DNA of 64,000 nucleotides from Burkholderiales bacterium (GTDB taxonomy: Bacteria > Pseudomonadota > Gammaproteobacteria > Burkholderiales > SG8-39). Both the position numbers and the translations under genes were made by a program. The DNA lies in contig DATIWX010000044.1 of assembly GCA_035519135.1 (NCBI GenBank), positions 39,270-103,269 of the forward strand, given 5' to 3'. Shown here piece after piece: positions 32,097-41,113 of the stretch. Within the stretch, counting starts at the first letter, position 1. Each line of letters opens with the position of its first letter. Below the pieces are notes generated by a model. The model was not told the DNA's origin and made no database searches. It worked only from the letters and a program-made list of their open reading frames with translations.

Positions 32097-34358
32097 CTAT
32101 TTCTCGTCGAACACCGTGACCCCGTCCCAGTCGGGTGGCGGGGGATTGCGACGCTTCACCGCCACCTCGCTTGCGTACATTTTGTAGAGGGCGCAATCGG
32201 GGTTCACGCGCTGGAGGTTCAGCAGGCCGACTTCGACTTGGTCCCACTGCCGGGCGCGGTACTGGCGGAGCGTCTGGTGCCATAGCTTGAGCTCGTCGAG
32301 CACCTTCTTTTCGACGTGGGTTTCCATCCCGATCGGCTCGTAGATCGTGATCGCCTCATCCTTGCCCTTGACCTTGATCTTGTCGATCTCCTTGAAAACC
32401 ACATCCTGGACGAGCTTGCGGCTCGCTTCTCCGACCAATATGCCGACCCCGTAGTGCTTGGTCCTTCCTTCCAGCCGGGAGGCGACGTTCACGGCATCGC
32501 CCATGGCAGTGTACGCCTTGCGCTGCTTGGACCCCATGTCGCCTACCCGGACGCTTCCGGAGTTGACCCCGATGCCGATCTTCAGGGTCGGCCAGCCCCG
32601 CGCGGTGAACTTCTGATTCAAGATGTCGCACTGGCGCAGCATCTCCATGGCCGCGAGAATGCCGTTGCGCGGGTGGGTGTTGTCTTCCACGGGGGCATTC
32701 CAGAAGGCCATGATCGCGTCCCCGATGTACTTGTCGAGCGTGCCCCGATACTTGCCCCGGATGATGTCGCTCATGTCGGTCAGATACTCGTTGATGTATT
32801 CGCGCAGGTGCTCGGGGCTCAACGCCTCGGAGATACTGGTGAAGCCACGCACATCGGAAAACAGAATGGTGAGCTCGGCATTGCGCGGCTCCATCGTATA
32901 CTGCTCCGGGTCCTCCGCCATCTTGTCCACGAGCTCGGGCGGGACATACTGCCCAAAGAGCTCGGTGAATTGCCGCTTGGAGCGTGCTTCCACGAAGTAT
33001 CCATAGGCCATGTTGACCGTGTATAGCGTTGCTGTCATGAGGATCGAAGCCGCAAGCGGCAGCACCAGGCCCGAGTACGACCACAACGCCACGTCCAGCA
33101 GGGTAATCAGCACCACCCCCGCTAGGGCCGCGGCCGAAGCCCACAGCGGTGCAAGCAGCGGAATCAGGAACGTCAGCGCGATGCCGCCGATGACAAGCAA
33201 TATCACTTCCGCCCCCAGCATGTAGGGCGGTTTTTGCTTGAGCTTGCCGTCGAGCATGCCCGCGATCAGGTTGGCGTGGATCTCCACGCCGGGATACACG
33301 TTGTCGACCGGCGCCGAGCGAAGATCGAACAGGCCCGGGGCGGTCGCCCCGATCACCGCGATCTTCCCCCGAAGCTTCTCCGGCGCCACCCTGTCTGCCC
33401 AGATGTCGGAGAACGAGATATAGGGGAAACTGCTCCTTGGACCCCGATAGGGAACCAGCGACGCAAGTTCCTCGTCCACAGGGATCTTGAGCGGGCCGAC
33501 CTCGAGCCACTCTACGCCCGTGTATCCCCGGGTGACAAAACGGTCGGGGATGGCATTGATGGTGACACCGGGCAGCTTGATCGTCGCGGTCTTGTTTCGC
33601 GCGGCTTCCTGGATGCCCAGGTACATCCGCACGATCGCCAGGGAAAAGGACTCGTAGTACTTTCCCTTGTATTCGGCGAGCATCGGCACGCGTCGCGACA
33701 CCCCGTCGTCGTCCACGCGCGGATTGAAGTGCCCGGCACTGACCGAAGATTGGAATTCGGGCAGGTTTCCCGTATATCCGCGCCAATCCAGGACCGTGAT
33801 CCTCCTCGCGCTGAACGTCTCGGCGGGAAGGACGGGCTCCGGAAGGGCGCCGCTCTCGACGGCGTTCTTGTCGCTGTTGAAGTAGTAGCCGAGAACCACC
33901 GGCCGCCCACGGATGAAATTCGCGAACTTCGTGTCGTAGTCGAGCTCGGGGCGCAGTTGAGCGAGAGCCGACTGGAAAGCGCCGATGTCCTTGAGCCGCG
34001 TCTTGCCGAGCCTCTCGAGCGCCGGGAGACCGGAGCTCTCGTCCGGCTCCGAGAATACGACATCGTAGGCGACTATGAGGACGCCGTACTTATCGAACAG
34101 CTTCTCAAGGAGAGCGGTCTGCTTGTCTCGGCTCCAGGGCCAGCGGCCCAGTGCGCGCGGGTCCAGGCTGCGCTCGTCGATGTCCAGGATGACGACCCTG
34201 TCATCGACCGTGCCCGGCATGGTCAGCCGGAGACGGTAGTCGTAGATGATATTGTCGAGCTGGGTAACGAACCTTATCTGGTAGAGCTTTGCCGCGTGTC
34301 CCAGAAACACCAGCGTAACGAGGAGACCAAGCGCAATCCGGACGATGTGCTGCTTCAG
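32097..34358 (-). CDS. CHASE2 class III adenylate cyclase
   Basis: CHASE2 (DIDERSL..GRWPWSR, PGVEIHA), 3 TMs, FSDVRGFT, DKYIGDAIMAFW, YTAMGDAVNVASRLE; probable CTG start 34358. Confidence 0.92.
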   Translation of the reverse strand: MKQHIVRIALGLLVTLVFLGHAAKLYQIRFVTQLDNIIYDYRLRLTMPGTVDDRVVILDIDERSLDPRALGRWPWSRDKQTALLEKLFDKYGVLIVAYDVVFSEPDESSGLPALERLGKTRLKDIGAFQSALAQLRPELDYDTKFANFIRGRPVVLGYYFNSDKNAVESGALPEPVLPAETFSARRITVLDWRGYTGNLPEFQSSVSAGHFNPRVDDDGVSRRVPMLAEYKGKYYESFSLAIVRMYLGIQEAARNKTATIKLPGVTINAIPDRFVTRGYTGVEWLEVGPLKIPVDEELASLVPYRGPRSSFPYISFSDIWADRVAPEKLRGKIAVIGATAPGLFDLRSAPVDNVYPGVEIHANLIAGMLDGKLKQKPPYMLGAEVILLVIGGIALTFLIPLLAPLWASAAALAGVVLITLLDVALWSYSGLVLPLAASILMTATLYTVNMAYGYFVEARSKRQFTELFGQYVPPELVDKMAEDPEQYTMEPRNAELTILFSDVRGFTSISEALSPEHLREYINEYLTDMSDIIRGKYRGTLDKYIGDAIMAFWNAPVEDNTHPRNGILAAMEMLRQCDILNQKFTARGWPTLKIGIGVNSGSVRVGDMGSKQRKAYTAMGDAVNVASRLEGRTKHYGVGILVGEASRKLVQDVVFKEIDKIKVKGKDEAITIYEPIGMETHVEKKVLDELKLWHQTLRQYRARQWDQVEVGLLNLQRVNPDCALYKMYASEVAVKRRNPPPPDWDGVTVFDEK

Positions 34359-34392
34359 GCTTCCTCCCTGCGGCAGGTCCCGGAGCCCGGGC

Positions 34393-35172
34393 TCAGGCCT
34401 TGATGAAGAATTCCATCTTGACCCCGGCGAGCTCGATCACGTCGTGGTCGTTCAACGCGTGAGCCTGGGCATCGAGCGGCTTGCCGTTCACCACGGGGAA
34501 GCTCGCCCCCTCGACGTGGGTGATGAAGAAACCCTGAGGCCTGCGCGTGATGACGGCCACCTGCACCCCGGGCTTGCCGAGCGTCGTAAGGGGCTTGGTG
34601 AGATCAAGCTCCTTGCCGGCGTTGGCCCCTGAAAGAAGCTGCAGAGCCGCGGATTTTTGCGAGGCAGCTGCCGGCTTGGCCGATACCGGAGGCATGGTCG
34701 TAGCGGGCCCCGGCCCTCCGACGGTGTCCCCCATGGCCTTCGCGACGGCGGGCGCCGGTGCGGGTGCCGCCGCGGGAGCGGCGTGCGCAGGAGCGGGTGC
34801 AGCGGGGGCCGGAGCGGGCTTGATCGCACCCGGCCGGAGCACCATCGTCTTTTCGAAATCGGCCGCCTTGGCGACTCCGGCGGGCGTCTCGTTCACATAC
34901 TTGAGCTTGTACTTGCCCAGTTCGATGATGTCGTTGTTCTGAAGAAAATGCTTCTTGATCGACTGACCGTTCACGACCGTCCCGTTCGTGCTTCCCAGGT
35001 CCTCGAGAAACGAGTCTTGCAGGATAGTTACGATGACGGCGTGTTCCCCGCTTACCGCGAGGTTGTCGATCTGGATGTCGTTATGCGGTTTGCGGCCGAT
35101 GGTGGTACGTTCCTTGGTCAGGTTGATTTCCTTGAGAACCAGGCCGTCCATGCTCAGTATCAGCTTCGCCAT
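34393..35172 (-). CDS. FHA domain protein (FHA, Pro/Ala linker, degenerate FHA)
   Basis: IGRKPHND...VSGEHA...DLGSTNGT; second domain has LGKPG without the conserved Arg. Confidence 0.9.
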   Translation of the reverse strand: MAKLILSMDGLVLKEINLTKERTTIGRKPHNDIQIDNLAVSGEHAVIVTILQDSFLEDLGSTNGTVVNGQSIKKHFLQNNDIIELGKYKLKYVNETPAGVAKAADFEKTMVLRPGAIKPAPAPAAPAPAHAAPAAAPAPAPAVAKAMGDTVGGPGPATTMPPVSAKPAAASQKSAALQLLSGANAGKELDLTKPLTTLGKPGVQVAVITRRPQGFFITHVEGASFPVVNGKPLDAQAHALNDHDVIELAGVKMEFFIKA

Positions 35173-35192
35173 AGCAGTATCCCTCTGCTCAA

Positions 35193-36017
35193 CTATCTAA
35201 ACCAGCTCATCATCTTGCCCATGATGCTGCGCGGTGCGGGGAATTCCCGCAGCACCCGAACGAGTATTACCGAAATATTGTCCCGGCCCCCGTTGTCATT
35301 TGCTGTCTGCACCAGATGCTGGGCGCACAGCTTCAGGTTGGAGCTCAGCGTCTGCAACGCCAGGCCGATATCTTCGTCGCCCACCATATCACAAAGGCCG
35401 TCCGAGCAGAGCAGATAGATGTCTCCCGGCTGGGTGTCGTGATCGTGTATTTCGGGCTCGACCGTGGGGTCGATGCCGAGCGCGCGCGTGACGAGGTTTT
35501 TGTTCTGCGACTGCTTGGCCTGCTGTGGCGTGATCACGCCGCTGTCGATCTGCTCCTGGAGGAGCGAGTGATCCTTGGTGATCTGCTTTAGCTCGTCGCC
35601 CCGCATCCGGTACAGGCGCGAATCGCCGATGTGCGCCACGGTCATCTTGTTGTCGTAGAACAAGGCCACCACCAGCGTCGTCCCCATGCCGGCATACTGC
35701 GGTTGGCTCTGCGCCGCCTGATAGATCGAGGTGTTCGCCTTGGCTATCTGATCGTGCAACAACTGGTGCGCGATCAGCTGTCCGCTGGATGCGTCGGTTT
35801 CGTACGGGGTTCTTTTCTCCAGCAGCTGTTGCAGTTCGGTAATGATCACCGTCGTCGCCATGCCGCTTGCCACCTCGCCTGCGTTGTACCCCCCCATGCC
35901 GTCCGCCAGCACGACAAGACCCTTTTCCCCGTCGGAGGCGATCGAATCCTCGTTGTGGGCGCGCACCATCCCCGGATCGGTGCAACTCGCGATCTCTAGC
36001 GCCCCCGACAATGTCAT
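35193..36017 (-). CDS. PP2C-family Ser/Thr phosphatase (Stp1-like)
   Basis: RAHNED, ADGMGG, GMGTT, HIGDSR, TKDHS, CSDGL, GGRDN. Confidence 0.94.
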   Translation of the reverse strand: MTLSGALEIASCTDPGMVRAHNEDSIASDGEKGLVVLADGMGGYNAGEVASGMATTVIITELQQLLEKRTPYETDASSGQLIAHQLLHDQIAKANTSIYQAAQSQPQYAGMGTTLVVALFYDNKMTVAHIGDSRLYRMRGDELKQITKDHSLLQEQIDSGVITPQQAKQSQNKNLVTRALGIDPTVEPEIHDHDTQPGDIYLLCSDGLCDMVGDEDIGLALQTLSSNLKLCAQHLVQTANDNGGRDNISVILVRVLREFPAPRSIMGKMMSWFR

Positions 36018-36034
36018 GGTCCCCAATTCGGATC

Positions 36035-38608
36035 TCAGAGGCTGATGTCGACCCCGGTGCCGGTCGCAGGCGCGCCGGCACCGCCAAAGGCGGCCCGCAA
36101 TTCGAAAGCGAATTCCTCCCCTGTCTGGTGCCGCTGGTCGGCATCCTTCGACATGGCCCTGTCGAGAAAGGCAACGAATCTCGGGGGGAGAGAGGGGTTG
36201 TACTGCAGGATGTCCGGCGCGTTCTCGTTGGCGATCTTGTACATGAGCTGCGCCATCGAGTCGCCTTCGAAGGGGAGCCTCCCGCAGGAGAGCTGGTACA
36301 GGCTCACGGCCAGGGAGAACAGGTCGCTGCGGCCGTCGATCTTCTTTCCTTGCAGCTGCTCGGGCGACATGTAGGACGGCGTCCCGAGCACCATGCCTGT
36401 CTTGGTCTTGGAGGAGTCGGTGATCCTGGCAATGCCGAAGTCGGTCACTTTGACCACGTCGCTTTCCGGCTCGTACATGATGTTCGCGGGCTTGACGTCG
36501 CGGTGCACGACGTTTTGCTTGTGCGCATACCCGAGCGCGTCGGCCACGCGGGCAATGATCGACACCACCTTGTCGATCGGGAGCAGGTTGCCCGGCTTGG
36601 TGAACGGCACGAGATCCTTGCCCTTCAGGAGCTCCATGGCGATATAGCACAGGTCGTGCTCCTCGCCCGCATCGTAGATGGTCACGATGTTGGTGTGGCT
36701 CAGGCGCCCCGCCGTCTCGGCCTCGCGGAAGAACCGCTCCTTGACCTCGGCCAGCTCGTCCGCTTCGAATTCCTGCGAAAGGGCCATGGTCTTGATCGCA
36801 ACCACCCGGCTGATCTTGGGGTCCCTGCCCTGGTACACGACGCCCATTGCACCCTTGCCGAGCTCCTTCTCCACCTGATAGCGCCCGAGCATCGGCTTCT
36901 CGGTCCCGCCGCCGAGCGCCAGCGTTCCGCCCGGATGGCTCTGCGTCCCGCCGAGAATGACCGTCTCCGACATCTGCTTGGCGCGCGAGAGCCTCGCCTC
37001 GAGATCCCGGAACTTCGGGTTGTGGCCGGCCATATAGCCGAACACCGCCTCGGCCTTGTTGAACTGGCGCTTGCGCTCGAAATCCAGGGCGAGGTTGTAG
37101 AGGTTGTCCATGACGGTGTCGTCGAGCGGCACCTTGCGGAAGTAGTCGAAGGCCATGTCGAGCTGGCCCTGGCCCTGGAACGCCAGGCCGAGCATGCGGG
37201 CGTTCGCGGCGGATTGCGCGTCCGAGACTTCCTTGCCGCGCTCCGTGACCATGAAGCGCTTCGTGACGAGAAGCACGTGCCCCACGACCAGAAGGGTCAG
37301 CGGCAACATGAACTGCAGCCACATCCCCTGGCCCGTCATCAGCACGAAGTGGGCGGCGAGCAGCACTGCCACGATGCCGGCGGTAACGCCCGCACCCAGC
37401 CCCGCCGAGAGACGCGGCAGCAGCGCAATCAGATAGGCCGCGACCAGCAGAAAGACCAGCCTTTCGACGATCCATCCCCAGGTCGGTACGACGAAGAAAT
37501 GCCCCTGCAGGAGCGAGGAGACCGTGTGCGCCAGAAGCTCGACGGATGCCGTGGCCGGACTCACCGGCGTGACGAAGATGCTGCCGACGCCGGCCGCGGT
37601 CGGGCCGATGAGCACGATCTTGTCGCGGTATTTCTCCGCGGGAATCTTGCCGCTGGCGACGTCGTAGAACGAGTCCTCCTGGATCGCCGGCTTGCCGTCG
37701 CGGTCCTTGTAGAAGTAGGTGAACATCTGCATCGTGGGATCGGCGCTCACCCTGAAATTGCCGATCTGCAGCGCTTCACCCGGACGGATCTGGATGTCCT
37801 TGGCGCTCAGGTTGAGGCTCTTCGCGACTAGCATTGCCGCCACGGACGGGTAGAACTCGTCGTAGTACGTGACCGCCAGCGCTTCGGTCCGGATCGCTCC
37901 GTCCACGTCGGGCACCGCATTGAGATGCCCCACGGCCGCCGCCGCCGCGCCTAGGCTGTCGACGACCGGGATTTCCACCCCGCTGGTCGATAGCGGCCTG
38001 TCGTCGCCGATCCCCTGGATTGCAAGCGCATTCTTGCGCACGAAGTCAGGAAGGGGTTTGTCGGGCTTGCCGCGCGGCTCGCCGAAAGTGAACAGCATCG
38101 GCAACACGACGTTGCCTGCCTTGGCGAAGCTGTCCGCCAGTTTCCGGTCGGTGTTCAGGGCTGCCTCCGCTTCCTGCAAGGTCGCACCCATTTCAACGAC
38201 GTCCGGTGACACCCCTCGGGGCGGCGAACTCGCGTCTGTGCCTGCCGGGACGATCCGGTGGTAGGTGTCCAGGAGGCGGTTGATGTAAGTCAGCCCCGGA
38301 TCGAGTTGCGGTTCGGAAAAAAACACCGTGTAGCCGATGACCTTTGCTTTCGCGCTCGCCAAACGCTCGATCATCTTCGCGTGAATCTCGCGCGACCAGG
38401 GCCAGCGGCCGATATTGTCGATGCTCTGCTTGTCGATCGCGATGATCGCGACCTTGTCGGACGGCGTTCGCGAGGAGGCCTTGACGCCCCAGTCGTAGGC
38501 GGCGCGCTCCAGGCCCTGAATCAGCTGGCCCCCCCCTACGAACAAGAGCACGAGCGACACCACCAGACCGAGAAACCAGTCTTTTTTCCAGAAGCCCGCT
38601 TTGGTCAT
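36035..38608 (-). CDS. CHASE2 membrane Hanks-type Ser/Thr kinase
   Basis: CHASE2 (AIDKQS..IGRWPWSR), TMs, GKGAMGVV, VAIK, HRDVKPAN, DFG, GTPSYMSPE. Confidence 0.94.
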   Translation of the reverse strand: MTKAGFWKKDWFLGLVVSLVLLFVGGGQLIQGLERAAYDWGVKASSRTPSDKVAIIAIDKQSIDNIGRWPWSREIHAKMIERLASAKAKVIGYTVFFSEPQLDPGLTYINRLLDTYHRIVPAGTDASSPPRGVSPDVVEMGATLQEAEAALNTDRKLADSFAKAGNVVLPMLFTFGEPRGKPDKPLPDFVRKNALAIQGIGDDRPLSTSGVEIPVVDSLGAAAAAVGHLNAVPDVDGAIRTEALAVTYYDEFYPSVAAMLVAKSLNLSAKDIQIRPGEALQIGNFRVSADPTMQMFTYFYKDRDGKPAIQEDSFYDVASGKIPAEKYRDKIVLIGPTAAGVGSIFVTPVSPATASVELLAHTVSSLLQGHFFVVPTWGWIVERLVFLLVAAYLIALLPRLSAGLGAGVTAGIVAVLLAAHFVLMTGQGMWLQFMLPLTLLVVGHVLLVTKRFMVTERGKEVSDAQSAANARMLGLAFQGQGQLDMAFDYFRKVPLDDTVMDNLYNLALDFERKRQFNKAEAVFGYMAGHNPKFRDLEARLSRAKQMSETVILGGTQSHPGGTLALGGGTEKPMLGRYQVEKELGKGAMGVVYQGRDPKISRVVAIKTMALSQEFEADELAEVKERFFREAETAGRLSHTNIVTIYDAGEEHDLCYIAMELLKGKDLVPFTKPGNLLPIDKVVSIIARVADALGYAHKQNVVHRDVKPANIMYEPESDVVKVTDFGIARITDSSKTKTGMVLGTPSYMSPEQLQGKKIDGRSDLFSLAVSLYQLSCGRLPFEGDSMAQLMYKIANENAPDILQYNPSLPPRFVAFLDRAMSKDADQRHQTGEEFAFELRAAFGGAGAPATGTGVDISL

Positions 38609-38897
38609 CGCTTCTCCCGCTTGTTCTTATTGTTGTTAAGCGAGGGATCTGCCCCCGTATTGCATTCGCATTTTACGCCACCCTCTTCTCTGCTTCGGAC
38701 GGACCTCGACCACGGGGTTCGGCGCCAGCGTCCTCCCAGAATCCGGTAAGTTGCTGAATAAACAGAACCCTGGGCGGCATTCTTACAGTGAATGTTGGAC
38801 CCGTCAAATCCAGTTAAGGGCCGTCTGGGAATCGATACCGCCTTCGATCCGGAGACGGACCGAGGGGGGCGCAGTGCGACGGGTGAACCCGGCTAGG

Positions 38898-39830
38898 CTA
38901 GCTGCCTAGCAGGGTACCTACGGCAAGGCTGTTCTGGGCTACGAATTCCGCAGAGGAGACCTTCTTGCCTTCTTCATGCTTGGCCTTGAGCACCTCGATC
39001 CGCCCTCCCTGGGCGGTCACGAAGAAGCTGTGCGGGCCGACCTCCGAAATCTCGCCGATCTTGCCCTTGACCGCGCCGAAAGTGCGGATCAAGTGCTTGC
39101 GGCTGTCGAAAATCTGCACCTTCTTGCCGTTCAGCGTTGTCCAGGCCCCGGGAGCCGGGTTGCAGCCGCGTATCACGTTGTAGACGAAATCGACGTGGTT
39201 CGCCCAGTTGATCTTCGCCTCGGCGGCGCGGCACCAGCCTTCGTAGCTCGCCTGGCTCTCGTCCTGCACGGTTTCGCGATGCTTGCCCGCCACCACCAGG
39301 TCGGCCGCTTCCAGCATGGCCTTCACCCCCATCGGGAAGAGCCGGTCGAAATAGACGCTCCCGAGCGTGTCGTCGGCGCTGATCGGCGTCTCCTTTTGCA
39401 GGATTACCGGGCCTTCGTCGAGCCCGTCGTTCGGCCGGAAGATGGTCAGCCCGGTCTTGGTGTCGCCGCGGATGATGGGCCAGTTGATCGAGCTCGGACC
39501 CCGGTACTTGGGCAGCAGCGACGGATGGTACTGGATGGTGCCCTTCTTCGGGATCTTGACGAATTCCTGAGGGGCGAATTGCAGCACGAAAGCCATGATG
39601 CCTATTTCGGCATTGAGACCCCGCATCGCTGCTGCGGCTTCGGCGCTTTTCAGTGACGGAAACTGGAAGATCTTGACACCCTTCTCCTGGGCCGCGGTTT
39701 TCAACACATCGGCCTTCGCGCCTTCCTTCTCCGGCGCGCAGAAGACGCCCGCAACTTCGTCGCCGCGCGCGAGGAAGGCTTCGAGGACGGCTTTGCCGAA
39801 ATCCTGCTGTCCGATGATCGCGATCTTCAT
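38898..39830 (-). CDS. Formyltransferase-fold protein resembling the N-terminal domain of 10-formylTHF dehydrogenase
   Basis: MKIAIIGQQDFG, YHPSLLPKYRG, DGLDEGPVILQK, Fmt-like C domain; ATG 2 nt after frc stop. Confidence 0.85.
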   Translation of the reverse strand: MKIAIIGQQDFGKAVLEAFLARGDEVAGVFCAPEKEGAKADVLKTAAQEKGVKIFQFPSLKSAEAAAAMRGLNAEIGIMAFVLQFAPQEFVKIPKKGTIQYHPSLLPKYRGPSSINWPIIRGDTKTGLTIFRPNDGLDEGPVILQKETPISADDTLGSVYFDRLFPMGVKAMLEAADLVVAGKHRETVQDESQASYEGWCRAAEAKINWANHVDFVYNVIRGCNPAPGAWTTLNGKKVQIFDSRKHLIRTFGAVKGKIGEISEVGPHSFFVTAQGGRIEVLKAKHEEGKKVSSAEFVAQNSLAVGTLLGS

Positions 39831-39832
39831 GG

Positions 39833-41104
39833 TCACGCCGCTTTTTTCGGAGGGATCGAGAACGCGCCAGCTTGCTTGAGGCTCGCAACTTTCGCGTCGT
39901 CGTAGCCGAGAACCTGTCGCAAGACCTCGTCGGTGTGCTCGCCGAGCGTCGGCGAGCGCTTGATCACCGCGGGCGAAGCCGAAAGCTTGATAGGCATGCC
40001 GACGTTCCACCACTTGCCGCGCTGAGGGTGGTCGAGCTCGACCCACATGTCGCGGCCACGCACGTGCTCGTCGGTCGCCAGGTCCTCGGTGGACATGATC
40101 GGGCCGCAGGGAACGTCCAGGGGATTGAGGATCGCCATCAGCTCGCGCTTGGTGTACTTCTCGGCGAACTTGTTGATCAGCGTCCACATCAGGTTCTGGT
40201 TCTTGCGTCGGTCGCCGATCTTCGCGAAGCGCGGATCGGTCGCCATGTCGGGCATGCCGACGTCGGCTCCGATGCGCTTGGCGAGGTCTTCCCACACTGC
40301 CTCCTGCACCACGACATAGAGCCAGTCGTTGGCACCGTGGGGCTTGCAGTGGATGGCATTGCCGAGCTGGCCGCCGCCGGAATCGTTGCCGGCGCGCGGC
40401 ACATCGCCCATTCCCTTGTACGTAGGGACCGAATATTCGGAGAGATCGCCGCGCGCCAGGCGCTGATGGTCGCGGAACTTGACGCGGCAAAGGTTCATCA
40501 CGCCGTCCATCATGGCCACCTCGACGTATTGCCCCTGTCCGGTCTTCTCCGCATGGCGCAGCGCCGCGAGCAGGCCGATGGCCAGGTGCAGGCCGGTGCC
40601 CGAATCGCCGATCTGCGCGCCGGTGACGAACGGCGGGCCGTCAGGCACGCCCGTCGTGCTCATCGCGCCACCCATCGCCTGCGCCACGTTCTCGTAGGCC
40701 TTGAAATCGGAGTACGGCCCGCTCGAGCCGAAGCCCTTGATCGAGCCCATCACGATCTTCGGGTTGAGCTCGTGGATCTTCTCCCAGGTGAAGCCGAAGC
40801 GGTCGAGCACGCCGGGGCCGAAGTTCTCCATGATGATGTCGCACTTCTTCAGCAGGTCGACGAACACCTGCTTGCCCTCGGCCGACTTCATGTTCACGGT
40901 GATCGAGCGCTTGTTGCAGTTGAGCATCGTGAAATACAGCGAGTCGGCGTTCGGCACGTCGCGCAGCTGGCCGCGCGTCGCGTCGCCCTGCGGGTTCTCG
41001 AACTTGATCACGTCCGCGCCCATCCAGGCGAGCAGCTGCGAGCAGGTTGGACCTGCCTGGACGTGTGTCATGTCGAGAATTCGGACTCCTTTGAGCGCTT
41101 CCAT
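39833..41104 (-). CDS. frc: Formyl-CoA:oxalate CoA-transferase
   Basis: [43 protein letters not shown] glycine loop; follows oxc. Confidence 0.95.
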   Translation of the reverse strand: MEALKGVRILDMTHVQAGPTCSQLLAWMGADVIKFENPQGDATRGQLRDVPNADSLYFTMLNCNKRSITVNMKSAEGKQVFVDLLKKCDIIMENFGPGVLDRFGFTWEKIHELNPKIVMGSIKGFGSSGPYSDFKAYENVAQAMGGAMSTTGVPDGPPFVTGAQIGDSGTGLHLAIGLLAALRHAEKTGQGQYVEVAMMDGVMNLCRVKFRDHQRLARGDLSEYSVPTYKGMGDVPRAGNDSGGGQLGNAIHCKPHGANDWLYVVVQEAVWEDLAKRIGADVGMPDMATDPRFAKIGDRRKNQNLMWTLINKFAEKYTKRELMAILNPLDVPCGPIMSTEDLATDEHVRGRDMWVELDHPQRGKWWNVGMPIKLSASPAVIKRSPTLGEHTDEVLRQVLGYDDAKVASLKQAGAFSIPPKKAA

Positions 41105-41113
41105 GGTCGAATC

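Noticed and set aside
35193..37475. Apparent 760-aa PP2C with long N-terminal extension
   Set aside because: Extension is an off-frame read of the kinase; real start is ATG 36017. Same artefact for 13290-15212, 38898-40490 and 59677-61599
34393..38608. T6SS PpkA/PppA/Fha module
   Set aside because: No T6SS structural genes in the window and the kinase has a CHASE2-first architecture
38660..38682. sigma54 promoter upstream of the kinase (TGGCGTAAAATGC)
   Set aside because: GG-to-GC spacing is 8, not the required 10
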